A DNA stretch of 63,023 bases, filler included, from Reclinomonas americana ATCC 50394 (Eukaryota): the NCBI GenBank assembly GCA_048213135.1. It is 25 parts of 25 records of this genome, joined end to end, with 100 filler letters (N's around TTAATTAATTAA, not from the genome) between each part and the next. Parts side by side here need not be neighbours in the genome. Positions count along the whole stretch, not along the records: positions 35,266 to 39,704 come from AFZH01021020.1; positions 39,805 to 43,378 come from AFZH01021021.1; positions 43,479 to 45,619 come from AFZH01021022.1; positions 45,720 to 47,886 come from AFZH01021023.1; positions 47,987 to 50,805 come from AFZH01021024.1; 20 more parts are not named here. One strand, 5' to 3'. The notes under the pieces are model-generated. The model worked only from the letters and a program-made list of their open reading frames with translations, had not been told where the DNA came from and did no database searches. Of the stretch, positions 35,166 through 48,047 are shown one piece after another. Numbering within the stretch: position 1 is the stretch's first letter; each line of letters begins with the position of its first letter. The position numbers and the translations under genes are program-made.

Positions 35166-35287
35166 NNNNNNNNNNNNNNNNNNNNNNNNNNNNNNNNNNN
35201 NNNNNNNNNTTAATTAATTAANNNNNNNNNNNNNNNNNNNNNNNNNNNNNNNNNNNNNNNNNNNNTCGTCGTCGTCGTTCTCTACTC

Positions 35288-35354
<67 letters not shown>

Positions 35355-35405
35355 CTCGTGCCACTCATGTGATTCTTACTGTTTCTCTCTCTGATTTGAG
35401 TACAG

Positions 35406-37440
35406 GCCACAAACATCCACTCCCATTCCGGTTGTTTCCGTGTCGCCGTTTGACGTTCCCGAGTCGGCGGCCGCTGGGAGCAGCGAACCAAGGTGATACA
35501 CTCACACAAAAGAGACAACAAAGGCTCAGTCTCTTTGCTCTATACACTTGACTCCTTGTTGTATCTGAGTCTCTGTGCTCGTGGTGTGTGTTTGATGCTT
35601 CCGAGCCCATGACATTTTGTCGTGTGTGCGATGTCTGCTTCAGCTTGTCTTGCATGCTCTGTATATGTGATTCGAGCTTCCTGGTACTTCCGTTCATCCT
35701 TGGCCTTTCTGTTGTTCTGTTTTCCTTTCCTTCTTTTTGTTGCCGCTCACACCCTTCATCATCGCCAGTGACGCCGAGGAGGAAGACTACGGACCACGCC
35801 GACCTGGACGGGAGGAAGAGGAAGAAGAGGAGGACCGTGCCCCCGCCGTGTCGGCTGCCGCCGGCGCTGTGAGTGGTGCATCCGCTGCTGCCGCCGCCAT
35901 GGCCAGCAGTGACGCCGAGGAGGAGGAAGAGGAGGACGCGGATGAGCGACACGATCGCGATGATGACGACGATGATGATGATGACGAGCATGGTGGTGCA
36001 GCGAGCAGTGCGTCGGAGAGCAGTGGCACTCGACAGCGACCTCGGCGCCGCCCGCGCACCGTGTCGGTGGACCGCATGGTGAACACGATGTTGCAGATGG
36101 GCATTCCCCCGACGCAAAGCAACGTGCTGCGCTTCCTGTTATTGCAGTCGAGGTGAGGATATGAGAGGGGATTGTGTCTCTGGCTTTGTTGCACTTTAGT
36201 GACTGTTTCTGTTTGCAGGCTCGGTCTGCAGCTGGACGATGAGGACGAAGAGAGTGAGGCGGGCAGTGCGTCGGGCGGCAGCACAGCGACAGCTGGCTCA
36301 TCCGGCAGCCGTGCCCCCACCCATCGCGGCCGGCTACCAATTGACGCCAAGACTTACAAGCGCAAGTTCGAGGGCCACGTGTCGCGGAGAACGTTGCGCC
36401 CATCCCGCAACTATTTGATGGCTTTGCATTGTGTGCTCACTTAACGACCACCGCAGCATCAAGTCCTGCAACTTCTTCGGTCCCAACTCCGAGTACGTCG
36501 TCTCGGGCTCGGATGACGCCCGCATCTACATTTGGGAGAAGAGAACTGGGCGTCTCTTGAATGTGCTGGAAGGTTCTTCGTTTACCCCCGTACGTTGCGC
36601 AAGAGTGGTCGTCTCATGGTCACGCAGGTCACGACTCGGTGGTCAACTGCGTGGAGGCGCACCCCACACGGCCCGTGCTCGTCTCCAGTGGCATCGATCA
36701 CGAGGCGTTTGTGTGGGAGCCGCACGGCAACTCGATCTACCTCAGCGATCTGGCGGAGCAGCGGGATGAGCGGCGGCGGTTCATGGATACTATAATAGAG
36801 GTGAGTTGTGGGGAGAAGAGGGTGGTGGTTAGGAGGGTGGAGGTGGAGAGTGCGGGGAGCGTGGGAGGTGAAGATGGTGGAGAGCGTGTGAGTAAGGGGT
36901 GGGGAGCATGTGGGTAAGAGAGTGGGGGTGTGTGGGGAGGGTGTTAGCTGCGGAGAGTGGAGAGCATGTGAGGTGAAGAGAGGGTGGAAGTGTGAGACTG
37001 AGGAGGGTTGGGAACGTATGAGTAAAGAGAGTGGGGAACGTGTCAGTTGAAGAGAGAGGGTGGAAGCGTGAGACTGAGAAGGGTTGGCTGCGTGTAGGTA
37101 AAGAGGGTTGGGAACGTGTCAGTTGAAGAGATGGTGGAAGTGTGAGACTGAGGAGGGTTGGGAACGTATGAGTAAAGAGAGTGGAGAGCGTGCGAGGTGA
37201 AGAGAGGGTGGAGAGCGTGAGACTGAGGAAGATGGGGAGCGTGTGGGTGAAAAGAGTGGAGAGCGTGTGAGGTGAAGATCGTGGGGAGCGTGTGAGGTTA
37301 AAGGGCGGAAAGCGTGTGAGCCGAAGAGGATGGGAGTTTGTGAGGTAATGAGGTTGGGGAGTGCGTGCTGGAGGCTCAACCTGTCATCGGTGCAGGAAAA
37401 CCGCAATTCGCCGCCGCGCAATGGCTGCAGCCTGATGTGA
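35406..37440 (+). CDS. DCAF8: DCAF8/WDR42-like WD40 protein, 3' part
   Basis: YKRKFEGH..TL|SIKSCNFFGPNSEYVVSGSDDARIYIWEK..LEG|HDSVVNCVEAHPTRPVLVSSGID; last exon ENRNSPPRNGCSLM*. Confidence 0.8.
36830..37360. repeat. G/A-rich degenerate minisatellite in the last DCAF8 intron
   Basis: Recurring gagagggtggaagtgtgagactgaggagggttgggaacgtatgagtaaagagagtgg and related ~20-nt sub-units. Confidence 0.85.
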
Positions 37441-37549
37441 AAAAAAGTGCCCGTGTTGTGTGAATGGTGTGTACGTGTGAATGTGTAGATCATGTGGCAA
37501 GAAGTGTACAATGGCAGAATGGGGGATAACAGAGCAACACCACCGCGCT

Positions 37550-38954
37550 TCACTGATTGCAGTCCTCCTCGGGCGACCGTGTTCGAATCCAGTAAATGGG
37601 TCGCGGGCTCCAAAAGTCGCCATCGTCGCCACGCTCTCCTCTCTCATTAAACACCTTTCTGAACTCGTTGTAGTACAGCGGGGCTTGCTGGACCGAAATG
37701 TACATGTCGGTGGTCTGCGAGGGGAGGAAGGGGGAAAGGAGGCAAGGTTGAGTGCGTGATCAATAGGGGGAAGAGAGATGAGAACGTGATCAAGGGTGAT
37801 AGGAGATGAGTAATCAAAGGGGACAGGAGATGAGAGTGAGATCATGGGAGATACGAGGTGAGAGAGTGATCAAGCACGCGATGAAAAGTAGGGGCTCTCT
37901 CTCTGTGTTACATGTGCTCCCCACACTCACCGGTTCAAAGGGTGTCAGGAAGTCGCCCTCAAATCGCTGTGCTCAGAAGGTGAGCCGTTTGTCCACCATT
38001 ACATCACACATTACAACTCACCGCACACGGTGGGGCCGGGGTGGCAAAGATATTCAACGGGCCACCACCCTCCCAGTTGAAATCAAAGGCCGCGGCCTTT
38101 ACAAAGTCAGTGGTGAAGCCAAGGCCACCACGGAAGGCGACGTCTGTGCGCCGACTCGTGAGTACACAAGGGGGAAATAGGCAGGCTCTGTGAGGAGTGC
38201 GCAACAGAGGCGGTTCTTTGGCGGAAACGTAAAGGCGCCGTCACGCACAATGATGCGAGCAGCGTCCTCGCGAACGCTGCGGAACACAAACTTGGAGCCG
38301 TCTGCGCACAGCAATGAGTCTCAACACACGATGTGAGTTGCGCAGGCTACCGCACCTGGCAGTGGTCGCACGAGTGCCATGTCGGGCACCTCGCCGAGTC
38401 GCAGCACTTCTACTTCGCTCTGGTGTCGATTCGGTCTCGATTTCATCTCCCTGCGGACGACAGACGGAGATAAGCGATGACCGACGCGCCAGTGATCACA
38501 GAGAGGAGCAAGCGGCTGAAACATCGAGGAGGCACGCCCAACAAGCGAATCACAGCCAGGAGAAAGGAAGGACTCGATCGCGAAATAGATGCCCGAGGCA
38601 ATCAGTGCCTCACTCACTCCGATTCTTCACAATCGCCACCATCAACAACACACAAATACGAGCCCAAACGAAAGGAAAAGCACAATCCACGACAACTCGA
38701 TGTCAACACCGCGCAAACTCCGAGACGACGACGACGCGCCAAATGTGTGCATTTGAGCATCATTCTCTCTCACACAAACACAACATGCACACCAGTTTCC
38801 ATGAATGCGCAAGAGTGAACGGAGGTGAGGGAGAGAGTGTGTGACAGAGAGTGAAGTGCAGGAGTGTATTCTCGTCTTCGCACTCAGTTCTCTCAGGCTC
38901 CCTCCTCTGTCTCTCCGTCTCTCTCACACACACGCTCTCTGTGCACGTGTGAAC

Positions 38955-38993
<39 letters not shown>

Positions 38994-39099
38994 TGAGCGC
39001 GTATTCTCGACTCCGTTCTACATTGCTCAAGATCACACACGATGACAAGCTCACGAGCCACACACTCTCTCTTAGCGCGTGCAAGTGTGAACGAGTGCG

Positions 39100-39148
<49 letters not shown>

Positions 39149-39231
39149 AAGAGAGTGAGCGCGTTCTCGACTCCGCTTCTCTCTCTCTCTTTCTCATCTT
39201 CCTCTCGAACACACAACGCGATCACTCAAGC

Positions 39232-39268
<37 letters not shown>

Positions 39269-39375
39269 TGATCACACAAGCTGACACACACGCACGATCA
39301 CACAAGCTCACACGCCAATTGTTATCTCTCATCCTCCCTCCCTCTCACACACACGTACTCACTCGCACACGCAAG

Positions 39376-39409
<34 letters not shown>

Positions 39410-39704
39410 TCACACACACACACACACACGATCACACACCAATCACATCTCTCTCCCCCACATTCTCCTCCCCTTCTCCTCCCCTTCTCGTCCCCTTCTC
39501 CTCCCCTTCTCCTCCCCTTCTCCCTGTCTCCCCATCTCTCACCTAAAGATGCCATCCAACCGCACTTGCTCCAACTCCGCCGGCGACACCAATCGCCACG
39601 CATGCGACCAATCCACCACTGCACCACCCTCCACATCATCCACTGCTGCAGCAGCAGCAGAAGCAGAAGAAGCAGACGAGGAGGAGGAAGAGTCAAGTCT
39701 GTCG
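37550..39704 (-). CDS. Unknown protein, 5'-partial (6 exons)
   Basis: In-phase exons ..VRLDGIFR|EMKSRP..RPLP|DGSKFVF..NRL|YVAFRGGLGFTTDFVKAAAFDFNWEGGGPLNIF..|RFEGDFLTPFEP|TTDMYISVQQAPLYYNEF..CNQ*. Confidence 0.7.
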
Positions 39705-39840
39705 NNNNNNNNNNNNNNNNNNNNNNNNNNNNNNNNNNNNNNNNNNNNTTAATTAATTAANNNNNNNNNNNNNNNNNNNNNNNNNNNNNNNNNNNNNNNN
39801 NNNNGAGTGAGAGAGAGAGAGAGGGGGGAGGGGGAGCGAC

Positions 39841-39901
<61 letters not shown>

Positions 39902-39948
39902 GCATAGAGAGCTAATAGACGAAGAGGCAAGCTGTTCTGGACTCATGC

Positions 39949-39990
<42 letters not shown>

Positions 39991-40099
39991 CTTCGCCTCT
40001 GCATGTCTTCTGCCTGTCCTTCATCGTGGCACACACTCCGACATATTCACAGGCAAAGAGAAAAGCCAATGCTGCTCGCCTGTCCTTCTGCTTCTCCTT

Positions 40100-40655
40100 C
40101 CGCTGCATTGTGTCGCATACACAGACAGACACGAACGCAGACAGAGAGGAAAGCCAGACTCTCGCTGCTCGCCAGTCTTTCTGCGAGCATGCTATTCGCC
40201 TCTGCCTCTCCTTGCCCGTTCTCTTCTGCTTCTCTTCCTCTTCTCCCATTGTGTTGCACACACAGACACGAATACAGATAGAGAGGAAAGACCAAGGCAA
40301 TCTATTTTGGCCACCGCGTTCTCCTCCTGGCCTTCTGCAAGCATGCTGTTCGCCTCTTCCTCTCCTTGCCCGTTCTCCTTCCTCTTCTCCTTCCTCTGCA
40401 TTGTGTCACATACACAGACACGAACACAGATAGAGAGGAAAGACCAGGCAATCTGTTACGGCCACCTCGTTCTCTTCTGAACGCATGCTGTTCGCCTCTG
40501 CCTCTCCTCGCCTATTCTCCTCTGCTTCTCTTCCTCTTCTCCTTCCTCTGCATTGTGCCACATTCACAGACACATACACAGGAAGAGGAAAAACCAAGGC
40601 AATCTGTTACGGCCACCTCGTTCTCTTCTGCAAGCATGCTGTTCGCCTCTGCCCT
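40100..40655. repeat. ~150-bp tandem repeat, about 4 copies
   Basis: cattgtg..cacagacacgaa..agagaggaaagacc..gcatgctgttcgcctct recurs near 40105, 40247, 40399 and 40551. Confidence 0.88.
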
Positions 40656-41027
40656 TCCTCTGCACATTGCTTCTCGTTCACGCTAATCTGTAATTCTGCC
40701 TCCATTTGCTTTCTCCTTAAGTCTCTGTCCTTTCCACAACCTCATCGCCTGTCATTGTGCTTCATCCTTCTCCCTGCAATTTGCGCGCTCGAATTTCTGT
40801 CATCCTCCTCTTGATTGCCTTTGCCTCTGCTCTCCTCTCCTCTGTGACAGCACGCTCTTCTCTCCCCCTCGCACAACTGTCACCCAGCCGTGCCCAGCCT
40901 CTTTTCCTCCTCTTTTCTGCCTTCCATTCTCTGTGTGCTATCTCACATCCCTTCCCCCCTTCCCCCCTCCCTTCCCCCCTTCCCCTTCCCCCCATCCCCT
41001 CCTTCCCCCCTTCCCCCTTTCCCGCAG

Positions 41028-43322
41028 ACCCCGAACTCGCCCCACCCCGTCAACGCCCGCACTACGCCACCGCCCCTCGACCCTCTCCCGACCACTACCC
41101 CGGCGCACCACCTCGCCCATACCACCAACCCTCATTTCGCGGTTGCGTCGCCCGCCCCCCTTCTCTCCTTCCCTTTCCCCACCTCTCCTCACCGTGCCAC
41201 AGGCGGTCGCGGTCGCGGCCGCGGACGCCCACCAACCATCATCACGCGGTCGACTGGCCCGCAGCAACCGCGCCCCTTCTCCGCCCGGTCTCCACCACCC
41301 CCCTCGTCCTCCCCGTCCACGCCAACGACTCCCGGCACAGGCGCCGTGGCCTCGCCACCAGCCTCCATTCCTCGCTTGTCGCTCGGCCGATCGGCCACCG
41401 AGTCCGAGTCGCCTGTGGGCGGTCGCCGTGCACCACCAATCGAAATGGATCGCACCAACAAGCGGATGAACCCGCAGCTGCGAAAGGAATTCGTCAACAG
41501 CAAGGTTACACACCTCCCTCTCCTCTTTCCTCTCTCTCTCTCTTTCTCACTTTCCCACCCTCACAGGAGGCCATGCGCGAGCGCTTCAATCGCAAGCCCT
41601 CCGCCGGCCACATCAACGACTACTCGCAGCACTTTGTCGACACGGGCGAGCGGCCGCAGAATTTCATCACCAACGTCGGCCCCAGCAAGTTTGACGACTA
41701 CCCCGAACTGCAGGAGCTGGTCCGGCTCAAGGACGCGCTGGTGGCCGAACGCAACACGCCACCATTCTCGCTCAAATGCGATCTGCGCACCTTCGATCTC
41801 GCCTCGCTCAAGTGCCAATTCGATGTGATTCTCGTGGATCCGCCGTGGTCCGAGTATCAGCGCCGCCTGCCCGGCCTCGTGCGCAGCAGCTGGTCCTACG
41901 AGGAGATGTGTCGACTCAATGTCCGTGCACTGGCGGCGCCGGCCAGCTTTGTGTTTCTGTGGGCGGGGTCGGCCGATGGAGTGGATCAGGGTGCGTTTTT
42001 GTTGGGGAAGGAGGTGCATTTGTCGTCTTCGGTCGTGCTCATCGTTCTCTCTGCCTTGCTCTCATTCTTTTCCCTCTGTTGCTCTCTTTCTTCTCTCCGC
42101 CTTGCACTCATTCTTCTCCCTGCCGCGCCCTCTTTCTTCTCTCTCTCTCTCGGCCAAGCTCGTCTCTCCGCCTCGCTCTCGTTCCTCTCTTTGTCTTGGT
42201 CTCTTTCTTCTCTCGTTTTGCTCTCTTTCTTCTCGGTCGTGCTCTCTTTCTTCTCTCTGTTGTGCTCTCGTTCTTCTCTCTCTTCCGTTCTTTCCTCTCT
42301 CTATCTCGTCTCTTTGTATTGCTCTCGTTCTCTCGGACAGAGAGAACGAAAGCGAGGCGGAGAGAAGAAAGAGAGCACGACAGAGAGAAGTGAGGCAGCA
42401 AGGCAGAAAGAGAGAGAGAGAGAGGATAGAAAGAGGGAAGAAAGAGACCAAGACAAAGAGAAGGAAGAGTACAAGGCAGAGAGAAAGAGAGCAAGACAGA
42501 GAGAAGGCAGGGAGAACACAGAGAACAAGAGAAGAAGAAAGAGAGCAGGGCAGAGAGAAGGCTCTCTTTCTCTCCGCCTTGTACTCATTCTTCTCGTCTT
42601 GGTCTCTTTCTTCTCTCTGTCTTGCTCTCTTTCTTCTCTCTGCCTTGCGCTCTTTCTTCTCTCGGTCTTGCTCTCTCTCTTCTCTCTGCCTTGCTGTCTT
42701 TCTTCTCCCTGCCTCGCCTCTTTCTTCTCTCGGTCTTGCTCGCTTTCATCTCTCTCTCTCTCTTCCGTTCTGTCCTCTCTTTCTCTCGTCTCTCTGCATT
42801 GCTCTCGTTCTTTCATCTTTCTTCTTTGCTCTCTCTTTCATCTCTCTTTCCTCTCTCTTTCTCTCTGTCCCTCACTCACTCTCTCTCCCTCTCCTTCTCG
42901 GCGACAGGCCGCCTGCTCCTCACACGCTGGGGCTTCCGCCGCGTGGAGGAAATCTGCTGGATCAAGTCCAACAAGGTGCGCAACAAGCTCGAGTCGGTGG
43001 AGGTCGGCACGCTGTTCAAGCACTCCAAGGAGCACTGTCTGGTGGGCATGCACGGCACCGTTCGGCGCAGCCACGACGGGCACTTGGTGCACGCGAATAT
43101 CGACACGGATGTGATTGTGGCGGAGGAGCCGCCGTTGGGAAGTTGCGTGGAGAAAGGGAAAGGGGATAGGGAAGGGGGAAAAGGAAAGAGAGGGAGAGAG
43201 AAATGGGGAAGGAGAGGCGAATAGAGAGAAGGAGATGATACAAGCACCTGTCCTCACGGCAGTGTGTATTGTTCGAGAAGATGCATGTGGCATGGCGCTG
43301 TCTTGTCTTCTTTGATGCAATC

Positions 43323-43378
<56 letters not shown>

Positions 43379-44585
43379 NNNNNNNNNNNNNNNNNNNNNN
43401 NNNNNNNNNNNNNNNNNNNNNNTTAATTAATTAANNNNNNNNNNNNNNNNNNNNNNNNNNNNNNNNNNNNNNNNNNNNGAGAGAGAGAGAGAAGTTTCTG
43501 GTGTTCAAGAAGATGTACGTGGCAGGGCACTGCTTTGTCTTCTTTGACGCATTCAGAGATAGAGAGAGAAGTGTCTGTTGTTCAAGAAGATGCACGTGAC
43601 AGGGCGCTGCTTTGTCTTCATTGATAAATTTTGAGAGAGAACTGAAGAGTGTCTACCTTGTCTATGCGCTGCCTTCTTCTCAGATTCTGTTTTACACCAT
43701 TCAGAGAAAGAGAGAGAAGAGAGTTGAGAGCAGTGCGTTGGTGCACAACCACACGATTCCTTCTTTACATCACACTCAGTGAGAAAGAGAGTGCATGTAT
43801 CTGTTATTGGCTGTTGACCTACTTTCTTATCTATCCTCGCTAGGATTACGTTGCGTCCTGAACGCCATTGTGCAACATCATCTCTTTGCCTTCATTTACC
43901 CCTACCGTTGCCCATCATGCCTCATCCTTTCGTTTATAAGCCCCTTTGCTCATCCTTCCCTTGTTCCACCCGTCCCCTTGTTCCCCCCGCGCTATTGTGC
44001 TTTGGCATCTCTTTTTCTTCATTTACCTCTTCCTCTTCCCTACCATTTCTCATCATGCCTCGTTCTTCCGTTTATAACCCCCTTTGCCTCACCCTTCCCC
44101 CTTCCCCCCTTGTCCCACCCTTCCCCCCTTCCCCCTTCCCCTGCGTAGGCCTTCGCAAACCCGACGAACTCTACTCCATCATCGAACACTTCTCTCTCGG
44201 CCGCCGCCGCATCGAGCTATTCGGCGAGGACCACAATCTGCGACCCGGCTGGGTCACCCTCGGACAGGACATTACGCGCTCCAACTACACCACCGAGGCC
44301 TACATCCAGGCACTGGAGCGCACGCGTGCCCCCGTGGACGACGTGTGGACGCCCGCCACCACCTGCGTCAACTACAATCCCTACCTGCTCGGCTCGACGC
44401 CGGAGATTGAGCTCGCACGGCCACAGTCGCCGGGCAAGCGTATCGTGCCACCCGGATCCACCAACGGCGCCGCCTTTACGTACCCCGGTTCTTCTTCCAC
44501 CACCACCACCACCACCACTTCCACCGCAGCAGCGTCTCCTGCTGGCGGAGGACGCAAGGGCGCAGGAGGAGGACAGCCGCCGTAG
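41028..44585 (+). CDS. METTL14: m6A writer subunit METTL14, 5'-partial
   Basis: NDYSQHFVDTGERPQNFI, YPELQELVRLKD, FDVILVDPPW, WGFRRVEEICWIKSN, KEHCLVGMHGTVRRSHDGHLVHANIDTDVI, IEHFSLGRRRIELFG. Confidence 0.95.
43270..43640. repeat. ~78-bp repeat in a METTL14 intron, on both sides of a gap
   Basis: gttc(a/g)agaagatg..gtggca(g/t)ggc(a/g)ctg..ttgtcttc near 43271, 43503 and 43580. Confidence 0.8.
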
Positions 44586-44630
44586 CCAAACAATAAACGA
44601 AACGTATTTACGACATTGATTTTTGATCCG

Positions 44631-47600
44631 TCATGTCGTGGGTGGTCGACGCGGTGGCGGGATCGTCGACGCGGCCGGTGCCGTCGGCGGCCGAATCGTC
44701 ACGTGACTCAGACTGGCGAGTGATGATTGCGCGGCCGCACTGCCAGTCACGCTGCCGGAACCCGACGCCAGCGAGCCGTGACCCGACGACATGCCAGACG
44801 GCGATCCCGTGCGGTAGTCCACGCTGCCGGCCCCGCTATAGGCCGCCGCCGACGTGGAGTCGGGGGCGTCGGGAGTGGCAATGCGCGCACGACCGCGCAG
44901 CTGATTCGCCGCCAGAGACAGCAGAGTGACGGGACCGGTCGACACTGGCACCGCGTGCGAATCTGTCGGCATGGCGCGATGCACGTCGACATGCGTGGAG
45001 AGCGCATCGCCACGCCCACCCTCTGGCAGCGCCGGCAGCGGCGGTGTGCTGCTGTGCAACAGGCGACGTCCAGACGACGACGAAGACGATGTGCTGTGCG
45101 AGTCCTGCCACATGTCGTCGCCGACTCGTCGCCGCATTCGCATACCGGGGGCCGACATGGCATCTGAAAATGGAAAAGGGTGGTGTCACACACACACACT
45201 CACGTTGATATACACACAATCCCCCATCCCTCTCTCTCACCACCAGCGGCGCGAACCTTCGTCAGCTCGCGGCGCAGCGGCCTGTGCACGTCCCGCTGCT
45301 GCTGCTGCATCGTGGCCTCCACGACCACCACCACCACCGTGCGAGCTATTTGGCCGTCCAGCGGCCGACACGGTGGTGGGTGAGGGCGCCGCAGCAGACG
45401 AGGACGAACCGCCACCGCCACCACCAGACGCCGCAGCATTGGCCGCCGCCGCACGTCTCCGCATCATGACATCGCGCGCCTGTTCGCGCGACGGCTCCAC
45501 GTTGAAATGGCGCACGACGGGCGCATTCGGGTCAGCCGGCACCACCTGGGCGGGCGGCACAGGGGCACCGGGAACCACGGCACCGGCTTGCGCGCCTGCC
45601 GCTGCCGCACCCGCGCCCGNNNNNNNNNNNNNNNNNNNNNNNNNNNNNNNNNNNNNNNNNNNNTTAATTAATTAANNNNNNNNNNNNNNNNNNNNNNNNN
45701 NNNNNNNNNNNNNNNNNNNAAGAGAGAAAGAAAGGAAGTAGAGAGAGAGAGAGAGAGAGGAGTGAGATTCATGAGCGTGCGCAATGGTGAGGGGCACAGA
45801 GAGTACGCACTGTTCGATAATCTGCCCGAGATTCGGGTGCAAAAAGGGAGACACCGGTCGCACGAGGTACCCCAGGTAAATGTACATGACGTACACAATG
45901 AGCTGGTTGAGGGTGGGCGGAAGCTGGGGTGCGGCAAAGATGGATGAGCGCACAGTGATCGGAAGAGTTGAGCGACAAACAAAAACTTACCCACGCCTGA
46001 CGCCACGAGAACAGGTACAGGTCGATAAACACCAACATCACCGGATACACGAGGAACACAATGACGAAAATGACGAGCATGTACCTGTGGCAACGCAAAA
46101 GAAGAGTGTGAGAAACAAACAAACAGAATCCTTTATGTGATCCTGCGCACGCAACTGGTACCACATGACACGCCGCGGCAGGTTGAAATGCGAGGCCATC
46201 TCCAGCGTCACCCAGCTTCGCAGGCGCTCTGTGTTGGTGCTGAGGGTGATGATGATGGCCAGCAGCACGATGAAGCGCATGACGAGTTCGGTGGCGAGGA
46301 AGGCGGTGCAGACGGTGGAGCCGGAGCAGAGGGCCGAGAGGAGTTGGAAGAGGAGGTAGAGGGCGAACAGGCCTGTGGGGGGAGAAGGGTGAGAAGGGGG
46401 GAAAGGGGAGGGGGAAAGGGGAGAGGGAAGGGTGGGGAAAGGGGAGAGGGAAGGGTTGGGAAACGGGAGAAGGAAAGACGGTGGCGGAGAGGAGACAAAT
46501 GGGAGGGATAGGAATCAGAAGGGAAGCAAGGAGGGAGAGAGAGAGAAAGAGAAAGAAAGAAAGCAAGAAAGAAAAGGGGAAAAACCAACAGCGAGAGAGG
46601 CCAGGCAATCAATGAGAATGAGACAACTCAAGAAGTGATAATGCGAGGGCAATCGCAGCACTGAAGCGCGAGGACTGAAGAAGAAGCTCACCTCCTAGCA
46701 TCTGATACTCGCGTGCATTGAGATGCATGCGCAAAACGCGCCACCCGAGCGACAGCAACATAATGTATGCCAGCAGCGTGTTCACAGAGAGAACGCCAAG
46801 GATACTCGACACCGTACTGTCGCGACAGGAAGAGAGTTAGTATGTGTCAGTGTAGGGCTGACAGGGCAAGTGCGCAACTAAAAGCCGTTGCTCTCGTTGC
46901 CCGTCTGGCCAATCTCGATCTGGTTCACGAAGCGGAAGAGCATTTCCATCACTTTGATGACGACCACTGCACTGAAAATGTGCTGCAGGATGCGTGTGCT
47001 CCGCCTGTGCGAGAGATGTGCGTCAGCATACATACAAAGAGTCTCCATAGATATCTCTCATTCAACGAACTCGGGTCACATTATCCTTATCTCAGTCACC
47101 AAAAGAATGAGGAACGAAGGATGCACAGTAAAACACTCTCCCACGCGTTCTCGCTTTTTGTCTCAACCCTGCCATCTCTCTCCTTTACACGCACACCAAA
47201 CACAGACGGCTAGGTCAATACTAGAACGAGAGGAATGAAACATGCACAGTAAAACACTCTCCCACGCGTTCTCGCTTTTTGTCTCAACCCTGCCATCTCT
47301 CTCCTTTACACGCACACCAAACACAGACGGCTAGGTCAATACTAGAACGAGAGGAATGAAACATGCACAGTAAAACACTCTCCCACGCGTTCTCGCTTTT
47401 TGTCTCAACCCTGCCATCTCTCTCCTTTACACGCACACCAAACACAGACGGCTAGGTCAATACTAGAACGAGAGGAATGAAACATGCACATGAAAACACT
47501 CTCCCACGAGCTCTCTCTTTCTCTCCCCTTTGCAGACGAAGGGATAATTTTAGAATGATTGGAAAGACACGTGCGCAGTAGAACACTCTCTCACGCGCTC

Positions 47601-48001
47601 TCGCTTTCTGTCTCGCCCCTTCCATATCTCCCCTTGACACACGCACAACAAACACAGATGGCAAGGTCAATTCTAGAATGAGAATGACACATGCGCAGTG
47701 AAACACTCTCCCACGCGCTCTCTTTCTGTCTCATCCCTTCCATATATCCCCATAAGACACGCACAACAAACACAGAAGGTATGGACATCAATTGTAACTG
47801 CGCGCGTGTTCTCCCGCTCGCAAGCAAGCACGCACACGCAGAGTCCAACACACAGAGCCAGCGAGAACTCTCTCTCTCTCTCTCTCNNNNNNNNNNNNNN
47901 NNNNNNNNNNNNNNNNNNNNNNNNNNNNNNTTAATTAATTAANNNNNNNNNNNNNNNNNNNNNNNNNNNNNNNNNNNNNNNNNNNNGACGACGACGACGA
48001 C

Positions 48002-48047
<46 letters not shown>

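Noticed and set aside
40757..43114. 785-aa ORF and other long L/S/F- or R/E/K-rich ORFs (48325-49571, 50962-52210, 57829-59332)
   Set aside because: Read-through of stop-poor CT/GA intronic repeats; only the embedded exons are coding.
46797..46805. GTATCCTT on the minus strand (U12-type donor motif); also gtatcc at 28860 and 33183
   Set aside because: The first lies within a GOST coding exon (SILG). The others lack the TT of the U12 consensus and a U12 branch point.
47121..47483. Regular repeats that might suggest a CRISPR array
   Set aside because: Head-to-tail identical units without unique spacers, inside a eukaryotic intron, and no cas genes.
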